Shown here one piece after another: positions 38,926-52,066 of a DNA stretch of 64,000 nt. Numbering within the stretch: the stretch's first letter is position 1; each line of letters opens with the position of its first letter. The stretch is taken from NCBI GenBank assembly GCA_002633005.1, contig NMRA01000289.1, forward strand, positions 91,516 through 155,515. Direction: 5' to 3'. The notes beneath the pieces are model-generated. The model was not told the DNA's origin and made no database searches. It saw only the letters and a list, made by a program, of their open reading frames with translations. A program made the translations under genes and the position numbers. The stretch is from Phoronis australis (Eukaryota > Animalia > Phoronida).

Positions 38926-39308
38926 CAACAGGGGAAAAGTTGTCGTGCCCTCCTTTTACACCCACCCTAAAATCGAGACGGCGCCCTGAAAATAGCCGAA
39001 GCGAGCAGTGTGTAGCTGTGATCAAACCCAGTGTGAAAAAAGTCACCGACTAATCTCTTGATATGTGTGAGATAAACACGCGAAGAGCCGAAGCACTTTA
39101 GAGCAGTATCTAGAAATACTAAGTAGCGAAATCAAGTGCAGCACTGAAGTGCGAGACGATTCAAACATTTCAAAATGCCGAGCTCTATATTCATTCTTAC
39201 TTGATTGATTTTTAAGCATAAACCTAAAATCTTTTTTGAAAAGCTTGCAATATTTTCAGTCTTAGAGTACTTAAGAGTGAAGTACGGCTCACAGCAGTCA
39301 AAAATGCC

Positions 39309-41857
39309 CAGAGGGGTGATAAACTCAATGACACCAATTTGAACCATAATATGCATTTTAGTTACCTTTGAGATGATAAACAAAAGAGTAAAGTCCAATC
39401 TCATTTTTACCCTGTTTAAGGGGGAGAAATCAGTGAGCCTCTATTTTGGGGGTATATCATGCAATGAACTCACGAAAATGCCTTATTTGCAATGCATAAT
39501 AAAAAAACACCGGTGCACAAGATCATTATTTGTTTGTAACTTTAAGTAAAGCAAGCCATCGTCTTCACAAAGATGTTAAACAATTCTCATTAACTCTGCC
39601 GCTAAGTCAAAAACTTCAAGCATAAACTATAGAGGGGTCAGAGTTTAACAAAGCATTGCAGTTTCGCCACAATTTGAGCCCGTATATCTCAGCTGGCACA
39701 ACACTGATCAACTCCAGACTCAAGACGTCTCTAACTTAGTAATGTTGATTGGTACAATAAAATCTTCTGGCGCGGAAATTTTTCTATAGGAATCGTAAGA
39801 TTGTGACAACCACTTGAGTAGAAATTACCGACACCTGTTTGGAACACTACAACACCAGTAACGTGCATGGTTTTGATTCAAAAGTTGGTTTATTAATATT
39901 TAGTTTAGTGTCATTAAGTCAGGCGCATTTGTATAAGGTATTTTTCCTTTTTCATTAAAATTCTGCGTTTTTCGTGAACCCAGTGTGCAACAACAGGTGT
40001 CACTGCTAGTATTATTGTGTTGAAGTGTGTGGGACCTTAAAGGAATAGAGTCTGCACATGTGTGAAATCTTGATGCAGCATAAAGTGAGTACCAAGTCAC
40101 AACCCCTACAAACTGTGCGGCAACTGATTTTGGCGAGAGTCGGACAATTTACAAATGCGTGTTCACCGGACCTGTGCCATGCCTGTGTGACTGCTTCTTA
40201 GATCAGTTACCACATTTAGATATCTCTGTTGTGATTTTGCCTAAGAAAGCTGGTAGTCTTGCTATTGAAGCATCTCGAAGACTTAGCAGTTAGAACCCAA
40301 TGCGCATGAAGTTTTATTTTGAACCCTAGTTTCAAAGTTTATATGCTCTATATTGTTTGTCTGCTGAGAAGTCATGGAAAAACATGAGCTGCAATACAAT
40401 ACTTGTCGTGTAATTATGGACTTTATATTGAAAGCAGCCTTTATCATCCTCACTTCTTTCAAGTGACCTCTGTAGAGGATGAAAATCTGATCATGCTTCC
40501 AACATGAGGCATTTATATAGTCAGGTAACAGCTGATCACCTGAAATAGGATACCTTTGCCCTCTGGAGGACTGGGAAGTAACTTGAATGCACTTCTTTAG
40601 ACTTCTCACAACTAGTCACACACTTATTCAATTACGTTCATCCGTGCCTCCCACTGCGCACATGAAATATCTTCTCACTGGTAGCTGATTCCATGTAGTC
40701 ATCCCCCATCAGTCTCCCATTCTCACTTGTCAGTCACAACAAAATGCATATAGATGGCAAAATGATAACATTAGCCAGCGATGCCACTCCAAAAGTGAAG
40801 TTATTGGAACACTGGCAGCTATATAACGTCCACGGAAATCTGACCACCAGTGGTTTTGCATTTGCATGTAATTGCCATTGAATCTTTCACCTTTACACTG
40901 TCCTCTGCTTTCAACGCCCTGCATCGAAACCACTTGAAGATTCCTCCAAAATAACGTTTGCTCAGGCACACTCCACAGTTAACTCACAGTAAGCATCTTT
41001 GTTAACAGGATAATCGCAGATAAAACCAAAAATAAATGATATTGTTCATACAACAATGCAAGATTTGGAAAGTCGCACGTGGGAAGAGAGCAACCACGAT
41101 TTTTGAAGGAAAATGTTATGAAAATAATTTTTCGGCGGTGTTTTTTGTTTTGTTTTTTAGCCGTGCGAATAAGATTGCTGAGCCTTGTAAAACCAGTGAA
41201 ATGCGAATTTCAACTCTCACAAAAGGCGCCCTGCCAAAACTACTGCTGTTTGTCTAGTAAGTACCCTAATTCCATGACTACGAGTTTACGGTTCAACTAT
41301 TAGCAAATATTATTTTTTGTTGACGTTTGTCGGCTTTACTCATTGTGGCGAAAAAGCGTAACCACCAGTCACTTTCGACTTCAAATAACATAAAATCCGT
41401 TCGCGCTAGAAAAATTGTCTTATTTTGTAGATCTACGATGGCTCAATACATTGGTTGGCACTAAAATGTTCTGAAACCTGTGCCAGCTGAGATATTGGGA
41501 TACGAATTGAGCCAATTTTGACAGTTTCAAAAATCACTAAAAGTACTCGTCTAATGCGGCTCTAAAAACAGACAAAAAGTTATCGAAATCTTTTAAATTT
41601 TCATGAATAAAGTAGTCGAAGGTCACACCTGATTAATAACACAGGTTCAATATTTCAACGTTACTTCCACTGCGTAACGTAACTGTCGTAATTTTAGTAA
41701 AACTCAACTGCCGCCAGGCTCAGAACTTGCCCGGAAACAAATAGTATCCATGTAAATCAAAAGGGGGAGTTTTGAAAAAACAAAGGTGGTGGGGACAGTG
41801 TCATCACACAGAAAAAAATATAAAGAGAATCTGTGACATAGCGTTTATCACCCTCTG
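39309..41857 (-). mobile_element. Degenerate TIR DNA transposon (possibly Sola2-like)
   Basis: TIR CAGAGGG(G)TGATAAAC..ATG.CAC at both ends, subterminal inverted ATATCTCAGCTGGCACA (~39685, ~41478), decayed coding-like interior 40100-40990. TSD ambiguous; superfamily is a guess. Confidence 0.6.
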
Positions 41858-42178
41858 CCTTCTCCATTCGCGAATATGCTCTTAAATGATTAAAATCTCA
41901 AAACTTTTCGAAAAACCTCGACCAGACTGCGGATTAGGTACGCAGTATTTTGGGTGTGATTTTGCCAGACTCCTGGAATGATTTTGGACATCATGCCAGA
42001 TCTCTAAAATCTCGTGGCGGACAGAGTAAAATTGTCATTGAGGCGTTATCTGAAGGCCAAGTTTTACAACAGCAGGAGAAGTCGAAGGTCATAGGCCTCG
42101 CAGATTTTTGCGAAAACAAAAGAAAAAGAAAAAGAAAAACCATAATCACACAAGCAAATAAAATATCGAATCACTCAC

Positions 42179-42455
42179 ACGGCTTGAAGGTGAAAGGAAT
42201 CCTGGACCCCTTCCAGAGTTTTAGATTAGGCATTATTCCTCGCTTCTTCCGGTCATGTTGTACATGGTATGAGAGTGTCGAGTTGTTTCGTTGTTCTGGA
42301 TCACCGCTTTCTCCAAATGTTGAATCGTAGTTACTCATCTCCAAGTCAAACATAGGCGGTGATGCATAGAGCCCCCGCTTGTACACACGGTAGCAACTGC
42401 GGAGGAATTTCTTGAACAGAGGCTCATGGAGTATCATTCCTCCGCCGTCATTTAT
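42179..42455 (-). CDS. Astacin exon 2 (prodomain, furin site, start of mature domain)
   Basis: ttttcaag|ATA AAT GAC ... CCG T|gtgagt. Encodes INDGGG...MFDLEM...HDRKKR^GIMPNLKLWKGSRIPFTFKP, the RxKR + LW..IP[FY] pattern of astacin N-termini. Confidence 0.88.
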
Positions 42456-43223
42456 CTTGAAAATAAAACAGTGATTTAAATCGGTTGATATTGCAGTTGG
42501 TGGGCTGCCCATATTTCTTGACTAAAGTGCATGTATACTCCCCTGTCCTTCGATACCAGGATCAAACCACCTGACTTCCCAGTCCTCGCACGTCTCAGGC
42601 ATTTAAGCGCACAAACGGCCCTCTCTAGTTCACGCTATTTCCCTTTTTCCCGGACCACGTTTCACCTGTTGCAGTGCTATATATTTGATCGCACAATTGC
42701 TAACCCTTCTGCACGCGATACCGTCTGCCGTTTCACGCACAAAATCGTCGATCCATACGCTGGACTAATTTCCTTGTTTGTTCACATGATTAATGTGAAG
42801 ACCCGAAAAGTGGTTCAGGAGGGGGAATAAGTGTTCGCAACAGGCAACAGCGTGAGAAAGAGAAGAGTTTAGTGAACGGTCCGTACCCTGAGGGGCCAGG
42901 TTAGTCAACAAAAAGGACTTATTTGGTGGGAAAATCATGAGTTTCTGCAAAGGTTGGCCGTGTGTTCCCAGATTAGCATGATGCCAAGAAGCTGCTCCGT
43001 TCCCAACGGTGAGAAGTCTTTATCAGGTTGGGTTTGTGGGATAGTTTCCAAGGAATGCTGCTACTTTTTCAGAAGTGCAATGTGATCTTCCTCAGGGAAA
43101 GTGAGAATTACAGTCACTTAGAAAGTCAGTAGAACTTTATTTTTACTTTGCTCTAGTATGACATTATCTGGGTCACTTAACCGTGTCCTTTTTAGTAAAA
43201 TTTAGTGGAAAAGAAAGTTACAT

Positions 43224-45228
43224 CATAGACTATAGTACATGGACCGCCAACTCCGTATACTTTCAATGGACGAAATCTGTGACCTTACGCACAAGCCCTT
43301 ACGTCATTATTCACTGGCGACACCTGGCGTGCGTTCAGTAGATGCTAGGACCTACGCTAGGACCTAGCCAAAAGCTAGTCAAGGTCACGTGCTCTTATTT
43401 GAAAAACACGGCAATATCACGCGTAATCTCGCAAAGTCTTGCTTTTAAGCTAGGTCCTAGTGTTACTGAACGGGAGGCTGGCTAAATTATCTGGTGCAAT
43501 TTCCGGCAAGTACGTCGTCTGCTAATCATGGTCGGCTACTGTGTGGCCGGTTGTTCGGCCACACAAGCGAAATGCAAAGGAATTAGCTTCCATACCATCC
43601 GAAGACCCCATAATCGGCATTGGGAAGAAAACCTTACTTTTTGAGTCAACGTGAATGGCAGTTGTTTCAGCAATAAGACTTTATACATTTGTTCAAGGCA
43701 CTTCGAAGATGAACGTTTTTAAGAGACTCTGCTACTTAATCCTGTCTTCACAAATCCATTTTTGTTTTCTCCGTTTTGATGAAAACTATCTGGTAAACTT
43801 TTTGACGAAAATTATCCGCTAAATTTCTTCGTAAACTCTTGTCCTTACGAGGAAGTTCAGCCATAGCCTAGTGAGCGAATTAACCAAATTACTCTTCCCT
43901 GGCCCTGATCAGACGGTTGGTCTCAGCACATTTGGCCAGGATTTGGATCAGCGATTTCAACAAATTCACATTCGTGTACAAATAAATAGAACGCTGGTAA
44001 AACCTTTAACATCAATAAAGATTACAGTAATACTTCATAAATAACCACCCGGACCAGTCAAAATCTATCTCGNTGCACGATACTTGGTCTATTATTTTCC
44101 CGCCGTAAATGCATGAACCAATCAGATCACCAACATGGCGCAAAGTTTTCGAAAACAGCTCGATTTTTAGGGAGTCCTGTTTTACTGTTCTATTTATTTT
44201 CAAAACCTTATTATGTTACATTTAGCTTATTTTCTGTTCAACTCAATGAAGCCACCTAATATGAATGCATTCAACTCAACTAATGCATTGTAAAACCAAA
44301 AGTTATGCTCTATCAACGTTAGGCAAAATCAGTACACCCCTTTCTTAAAAAATGGGTTAAAAGTTAGAAACAAAGGACACAAGTTTCCATCACTTGTAAC
44401 GTCGATTTTCGACATTGATGTTGGGGAGGAACAACAGTCTGGCGACAGCAACACGTAATCACACGAAGGCGATGATTTTCAAAATTTGATTCGTTTTCGT
44501 AGCCATGTCTTTTTACCCTATGGTTCAGGGCTACTTCTGAATCCAGGAACAAGAACTGAAAAAGGCAGGGTTCGTGATAACGTTGGAGAACGGTAACAGT
44601 TGTATAAGGTGATACAACTGTCATCGATATTGCCATCTTCTCTGTTTTCATCCAACCTTTCCAGGTGAAAACTTGAATGAAGAGGACCTTCAGTAGGCCT
44701 ACTTGAGTGAGCATGGTATACTGTGTGATTTATGTTGAATTATTCAACGATTCCTTTAAGAACCATTTCACGCTATAGCTACAAGCAACGGCCCTTTTAA
44801 GGGCCACTCAACACTTCCCAGAAGAACTGCTCACTCGAGAATGTTGATTTATAAACATGCTTTCGTAGTTTTCTCAGTAGGCCTATTATGAACCATAAAT
44901 CAAAAACTGTCCGATAACTATGCTGCTTTTGGGCAAGCAGACGACATAATCAGTCGGCACCGAAGTTTGAATTTTGTAATTAATTACCAGTAGCATAACC
45001 AAAAGTACTCATAATACCAACACTTCTACTATTGAAAGACTTTGAAAAGCGTTTCAATGCCGAAATCAATATTAACTAATATTTTTTCCGTTGTTTTGGA
45101 CAGTAAAGTAGATGCAAGTATTTCTCGTCAAAATACACTGACCGGAAACTGCAGCAGATAGGTCAGGAGAGTTCAACTCAGCACGTAAGGATATGCCGGA
45201 GTTGCGAATCTGTTGTCTATAATCTATG
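43224..45228 (+). mobile_element. P-superfamily-like non-autonomous element with THAP remnant
   Basis: Imperfect TIRs CATAGA[C/T]TATAG...CAACTCCG, exact 7-bp TSD GTTACAT (43217-23, 45229-35), MVGYCVAGCSATQAKCKGISFHT...ICSRHFEDERF at ~43528-43720. Confidence 0.85.
43323..43481. mobile_element. Small MITE nested in the P-like element
   Basis: Inverted ends CGTTCAGTA..CTAGGACCTAGC / GCTAGGTCCTAG..TACTGAACG. Confidence 0.6.
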
Positions 45229-46293
45229 GTTACATTCATAGAAAGACAACGGTATGAGTAGCATGACCAAATTTTGTTTGATGCGGATGTTACGATTTTC
45301 TAACTTATCGTTTCGTTTTAATTTTATGCAATATTTTATTTTTATTTAATATTGTAAAGTCATATTTTTGTAACCACTCAGACAAAAAACGAAAATTTTG
45401 GAGAACATTCCAGAAAACATGATATCAGAGTTTTCATACATCGTATGAATCCGATCAGTCGTTTCTGACATACGATGTCCCCAAGCTGACAAAATTTGGA
45501 CATTTTACTAATGTCTTCGTCAATCTGGTTTAATTTAAGACCTAAAACAAATTTCACCAAGGCAGTTTTTAAAAGTCTGAAATCCTGTCAGACGTAGTAG
45601 CCGCTTTAGTACACTTCTGTGTCGAACTGGATGAACTTAAGCTGTTGAAGTGGTTAAATGAATCGTGATCATGTACAGTAATAGAATCAGTGTAGACAGT
45701 TACTGGTATGTTGCCATCGAAATGAGGCGGAAAATGTTAGAAAGCTTTCTCCTGAGGGAAAAAGTTTGGTCGCAGAATTGATTAGAAAAAGGGCAATGTT
45801 ATGGAAAAGTCAACGTAGGCAGCAGTCTTGCAACAAAATTGGTCCATGCTGGCATACCGAGTTCTTACAATCGGAAAATGCAAAGTTTACTGCATTAGCA
45901 GAAATATTTTGTTTACTTGCATGTGTGACGCTTAACATAAATAAATAAAAACAACTACAGTTGGTTTAACGTTCATGATGGCGTTACAACATCCCTGTGC
46001 TGTTACACGCACACCCTTTGGATGAGTTGAAGATCAGATAATATTCGTCCATGCATTTAATACAAGATGACGTATCCAGCAACCTCGAAGTGACATCTGT
46101 TGTAGGCTACTTGCATGCACGAAGTCATGACTTGGGAAGACTTGACAACTCACCCAATCATCAATTGTTCTAAACAAAGTATCCCTGGGTACTGAGAAAT
46201 TGTTGCAAATATGTGAATGTCTTGCAACTTCTTTCCTTTCGTGGATCAAGACTGACTTCGCCAAAGCATGAACTTAGAACTCATGTTACTTAC

Positions 46294-46362
46294 GTCCTCG
46301 TAAAGTTCCACAGAACTACAAATGTGCAGCATCCCAGCAACGAAAAACACCCTCCACGACAT
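46294..46362 (-). CDS. Astacin metalloprotease, coding exon 1 (signal peptide)
   Basis: Reverse complement reads ATG...GAG GAC|gtaagt = MSWRVFFVAGMLHICSSVELYED. Basic residue, hydrophobic core and small residues fit a signal peptide; consensus donor; phase 0 matches the next exon. Confidence 0.8.
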
Positions 46363-48316
46363 CCTGGAGCTTTGGGTTAACTAAGCTGAGATTAACAGTG
46401 ATCCCGGATCTTAAAGAATACTGGTCGAGTGCGGGACTGTTTCTGATCACGTTGTTTTACGTCAAACAATTTGATTGGTCTGGCAACTTGATTCGCAAAG
46501 CAGTTTAATTCGGTGGTTGGCGTTCGTAGTTATCAAAATGGCAATTACCAAGAAAAACGTCCTGTTCTGGTCCAAGTTTCAAAACGCCTTGCCTTTTGTG
46601 AAGGATTGCTCTTCATTGTAATGTCAAGGATCGGTTGCTTAGGTTTGTTTACAAATCCCAACTTATTTCATCTTGCACAAAGCAATCTCTTCAAATGTTG
46701 TAGCTGCCAGAAGCATCTAAATAACATATTTTTTTTTACAGTTGCGATGTCGATATCTATGCTCATAGAATATTGAAGTCACAAAATCACAGAATTAGAC
46801 TGCGCACAGGTCTGAACTACAGGTCAAGGATTTAGCTAAACAATATTGCAATATTTGCTCAAACTTAGGAAACTACATGTGAACGAGGAGTAATTAGGAA
46901 AAACCTATCAGTAATTGGTCACAATGGTTGTTTTAAATGGCTTTAATAACAATAATTATGATTCAAATTGAAAAACAATTATCTAAACTAATGAAACAAT
47001 CAATCTTGATAATAAGAGAAAGAAAATTCATCATTTTGTGACTCTGCGCTAATTAAAGTTCCCTCAGCCGAGTTGAAAACGCTATGAAACAATGAAAATC
47101 ACGGAAACATATTTTGCTGGGGTAATTTAGACTTTTTGGAAATTATGGAATTGATGCCTCGTCTATTCTTTCATTGTTTTTGTCTCTCAAATAACCCGAA
47201 CCAGTAGGGGCATTCTTCGCCTTTTAAGGTTGTTACGTTACATTTCAGGTGACTGGAAAATTTGACTTTATGGTAACGGTGGTGTAGGTTCAAGTGGGTC
47301 AATATGGTGATGAGAACGGTTGACAAAATTGCTTTCTTTTATCACGCGGGCCCGTTTTGGAATTTTGAATTGATACACTATTATCCCAAACACACCATGT
47401 TTAGAACAGAACCACTCAGTCTGCAAGGCGGATAGCCGGGTACGTAGAGTACTTCTAAAAAACATTCTATTTGCTCCTTGAGTGTATGCTGTTACCACTA
47501 TTCTAGCGTCAGTATCGAAAAGTTAACGCGAGAACAAATAATAGTTGGTATGAAAACAGTTTGCACCATGAAGTTTCAGTCTGAGATGCACTCACGCTTT
47601 GACCTAAATATGTATCCCGTATAAAGCATTGGTTAATTCTTTGGTTGAGTCTAAGCAATAAACATTTTTGTTTTCCAATGCAATAGAACAAAAACGTATC
47701 TGCACATGTTATCCAGTCACACCAGACCTTTCCCCGTGATCAGCAATCACGAAGTACTCTGATGGGTAACAAAACTGAAAACCTTCAGCTCCAAACGACC
47801 AATTTAGCCCCATTAGTATTGTATGTTTTTCACTATCAAAATCTGTCTGTTTCATCCCATACACAAAAGTTTGGATTCTGCTGGGTGCATGATGTATGTA
47901 TGCCGCACATATAGAAGGCTTATGCTTTTACAGTTTTACAAACCGGATGATACTTCCAAACAAAATCATGATGTTTTCATGCGGTATTGACCACAAAAAC
48001 AAGGAGTACAAAAGTGTTAGCATTTTCAAGGAAAACATAAAACTAGCAAAGGAAGGGTGATTTGCTGAGACACATATCTTCCAGAAAACAGGTACCTAGC
48101 ATCACTTCATTGTAATTACTCTTCTGGGTAACCTTCAAACTAAGTTTGTATGGTTCGCATCTACATGACTGTTTACATCCGTTTCGCCGACATCAAAATA
48201 ATGTTAATCTTGAACAAGCACGTAGCCAGGGTGTTCGGGGGTTCGATTAAATCCCACCATGGCAAAAAAGTACAGTCCCAGCCTATCCATTGAAGATACA
48301 GTAGTATAAAGATGGA

Positions 48317-48361
48317 CAACAACACAACAACAACAAAAACAACAACAACAACAACAACAAA
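48317..48361. repeat. (CAA)n microsatellite
   Basis: Visible imperfect CAA run. Confidence 0.9.
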
Positions 48362-48954
48362 ATAGTTACAGCTACTGGTACTACTAACCCCAATGATGAC
48401 TAAGCTACAAAGAATTTTGAATTTGATTTTGATTCAAAGCGCTTCTCGTACTCAACAGGCCTTACCCGGCCAATTTCGCCGAATGCTGTTTGCGTATATG
48501 ACAGGATCGCTCAGACGATTAGAGGAGTCAATGAACACGTGTGGTGGCGACAAAGGTAACTAGGGAGTCTACAAGTAAATGTCGGTACCTACCTGGGCTA
48601 TATAGCTACGTGCGAGATCCCAAAATCTAGTGCGGTGTGAATGCCTTAAAATAGACCAAGAAATAAAACATCAGAAAAAAGGTTTGTTATCTGCTATTTT
48701 GGTATACTTGCCGGAATAGTGTGGTAAATTTTTGAACTGGAAGAGATCGTCAAATATGTTGTTCATCCAGTCTCCACTTTTGGATTGGTGGATTGACATG
48801 CAGTCTTGTACACGTGTGTGCGTTTCCATTCTATTAAAATTAGTACACGCCGACTGTAAGTTCACTATAAGCAGTCCTCCGTCGTTGCTCAAAAGCCAGA
48901 CATTTAACAAGTGTTTTCTTGCACTGACAAAGCCCCGACGAGCATGTTGTAGGT

Positions 48955-49183
48955 CTAAGCCCAGATACCATTTGAGAGTTCGGGTGCGCGCAAGCAGGGG
49001 CTAGTCGGGGGTTCGGGGGCGAATAACCAACGCATAGTCCCTGAACAAACTGAACAAACCCCGTTTACCGTTTTGTTTTTTAGTCAACAGGTCCGCAACC
49101 TCAAACATTCGAGGCCTCTGCGTCCCCACATTTTAGGCTGGGCGTGCGCATCTGTCGAAATTCTGGTTATCCCTGTGCCCTGC
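48955..49183 (+). mobile_element. Same MITE, long form, running into a gap
   Basis: Reverse-complement match to 61950-62175. Further fragments near 58505-58540 and 63973-64000. Confidence 0.7.
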
Positions 49184-50184
49184 NNNNNNNNNNNNNNNNN
49201 NNNNNNNNNNNNNNNNNNNNNNNNNNNNNNNNNNNNNNNNNNNNNNNNNNNNNNNNNNNNNNNNNNNNNNNNNNNNNNNNNNNNNNNNNNNNNNNNNNNN
49301 NNNNNNNNNNNNNNNNNNNNNNNNNNNNNNNNNNNNNNNNNNNNNNNNNNNNNNNNNNNNNNNNNNNNNNNNNNNNNNNNNNNNNNNNNNNNNNNNNNNN
49401 NNNNNNNNNNNNNNNNNNNNNNNNNNNNNNNNNNNNNNNNNNNNNNNNNNNNNNNNNNNNNNNNNNNNNNNNNNNNNNNNNNNNNNNNNNNNNNNNNNNN
49501 NNNNNNNNNNNNNNNNNNNNNNNNNNNNNACAATACTCGAAGTGCACCTAATAACCAAAGTATCTTTTTTTCATGTAAAAGTATAAAAAGTACACCCGAG
49601 TCCGAAATTTTAGATATTTTTGAAGTAGTGAACCTTGGCAGTGGTGAACCTTTAGAGTAGTGAACTTTCGGAATAGTGGGTTGTTCCCATTTCCAGTGGT
49701 GTAAGCAATTTATGTAACACGCAAAATACAACCAAATCAAAAATTTCAAGTCATTTTCCGACTAAATATTTCCGCCCCAGTAAGTAATGAGGTGTAATCA
49801 CTCATATAAGCACGCCTGATTTGAAAGTTTGGCAGGGGGTAACGCGAGAACGTTCTCTGTTTCTGGATCGCATTTACCCCCGAATTTGAGTCCCGTTCTT
49901 TGCGAGTAACCGTCACGGCATCCTCATTTTGGGGTATTACGAATTCTGTTTCATCTCATTAACAGAGAGCTGAGAGTCATCGGTGTGTATACAGATTTCC
50001 CTTACGCGTAATCAAGCTGCGTAAAGGGCATTACCGAAATCTCTAGAGTGTAAGCGTTTGCAAAATATCAAAGTTCTGCAGTTCTAGAAATTCAAAGCAC
50101 CCCCGCGCAAGGCTGGCTATAGGCTTGCATACACGTGATTCACGGAGGTAACTGTACACAAGTGTTCACATAATACTGCGCCTC

Positions 50185-50660
50185 AGGCTTCACATTTTCA
50201 CAAAATTTGTGACAATGGCACCCAGACGCACATAAACGATTCAAAAAGACATCCATGTCCCAGGTTTCAAATTTTCAATAAAAGTCAATCTTTCGTCATT
50301 GTATACATGGATCATTCACAAACACCCCTAAGCCCTTTCACAAAAAGTAAACGAGAAATGCATACACCGGATCTCTCATTTTCACAAAACATGTGATTCT
50401 TGCATCTGGATGCACACTACAGGATTCAAACAGAACCTAAAAACGTTTTCTGTATCTTTTTAAGACTAACTTATGGAAGACCGTACGTGACATACAATGA
50501 CACCTATGTACCCGATTTCACATTTTCCCAAACTTAGTAATGACTACATTATGATGAATATAGTGTAGGTGGTACACCAGAGATATTCCAGTATCATGTT
50601 TCATGTTTTCACAAAGTGTCGATATGCAAATGAATACTTGCACCTAGACGCTCAAAATGA
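50185..50660. repeat. Degenerate tandem repeats
   Basis: Recurrent TTTCACATTTTCACAAAA and GCACCyAGAyGC motifs at ~50188, 50264, 50375, 50516, 50600. Confidence 0.5.
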
Positions 50661-51425
50661 CTTGCGACAACATTTGAGACTTACGTTTTAGACATTCACA
50701 GAATACATGGTGCATAATTCTGGACTTGTTGTGAATTTTTTCGGACCATTTTCTGCAATTACATTCTGCAAAATCTTCATTCGACATAAAAAAATAATAA
50801 TTCGGAAATTGCATTCATGCGACGATTCAAGGTTCCAGGCAAAATCAGCAAAAAATGATTCGTATGAGCGGGCCTTAAGAATGGTGATTTTACTCAAAGT
50901 TAATTGAAACTTTATAAATGGTCACAGTGGTCATTTTAAGGTACATAATAACATATAATTATGATTTAGTTAGGAAACATATTGAAATTACTGACCAAAC
51001 TGACGTGTCAAAAATGAAAAGTCAATTTGGTAAATTGCTCTAAACCTTGTTTGCTTCACTAATAGCAAAACAACAGGGTTAGTGGACTGGTGGCTTTATC
51101 GTCAAAAGGATTAGTTTCTAACTCGGCGTAATAAACACTACTGGTTTCAAACCCCAATAACCTGACGTCGCCAGTCTCAATTCTGGTTGGCAACACTCAC
51201 GTGTATTCGTCAGAGATCAAGGCTAGATTGATTAAAACACATTGTTACATGTATGAGACTCTTTTACGAAGGCCGCTGATGTATTTAACTCTTCTTAACT
51301 CGAACAAATACTGCCACAATCAAACTTTATTTGGAATAGTCCGTCGTTCAGTTGCCAATATTGGCACTAATGGCGCTAGAAGATATGACGTCATATTCCC
51401 TTGTGATAAGAACTGAAGGACGTAA

Positions 51426-52066
51426 GGTGGCACTGAACAGTTAGGCTGCGGCCGCGGCCAATTTGCAAAGATATTAAAATTTTGGGGTAGGCCAAGTTTG
51501 GGGGCATTTTGTAGATAGGCATTGCATGTAGGCTAAGTGAACGTGGTTTGTTTGTGTTTGTGAACATGCTGAGAATAAAAAGGCCACTTCCTCGGCTGTA
51601 GCTGCACTCTTCTTCAAAATGGTGGCCCCCTGTTGCAATTGTGCATTGCTGTGTAGCAACTGAGAAATTGGCCGCGATTTCAGGTAGCCCTCAAACAAGC
51701 CAGATTTGCAAAAAACTAGTTGGTTGACAGTACTTTTGGACCACATTTTTGGTATCGGTAGGAAATTTGCTTTCAGAATCTAATGTTGGCTTTAGTCGAG
51801 CATCGGCAGTGTAGTGGTGGTTTTGGGGTGAAAATTGCCGATTTTGCATTTTTTGTCCTTATTTTTCTTAGTCTGGCTTAGTTTTCAGTGGGAGTGAAAG
51901 GGTCAAAAATACAAGTTTCTGTGCTCATCTGTAGGGCTTATGATGTGAAATGACTCGAAACTTTTTTTTATTTGTAGGCAGTTTTTGACAGAGTGAAGAA
52001 AGGGTGAAGAGTCCATTGACGCGTGTTCTGATAGGCAAACCCTTGTGAGAACTGTTCAGTTCCTCC
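51426..52066. mobile_element. Non-autonomous TIR element with TAA TSD (Harbinger- or Zator-like)
   Basis: TAA|GGTGGCACTGAACAGTT ... AACTGTTCAGTTCCTCC|TAA. Confidence 0.7.

Noticed and set aside
38765-39053. Heptad-like ORFs on both strands
   Set aside because: By-product of the 21-bp minisatellite.
44364-44714. 116-aa minus ORF containing RVKR as a candidate astacin 5' exon
   Set aside because: It lies inside the TSD-bounded P-like element, and a better signal exon with a consensus donor exists at 46294-46362.
48671-48910. ORF with SNDGGLLI resembling the start of exon 2 (possible paralogue exon)
   Set aside because: Only short scattered matches; no acceptor, no RKKR or LW motif.
49073-49749. 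Long ORFs spanning N runs (also 30004-30699 and 25-328)
   Set aside because: Artefacts of translating through assembly gaps.
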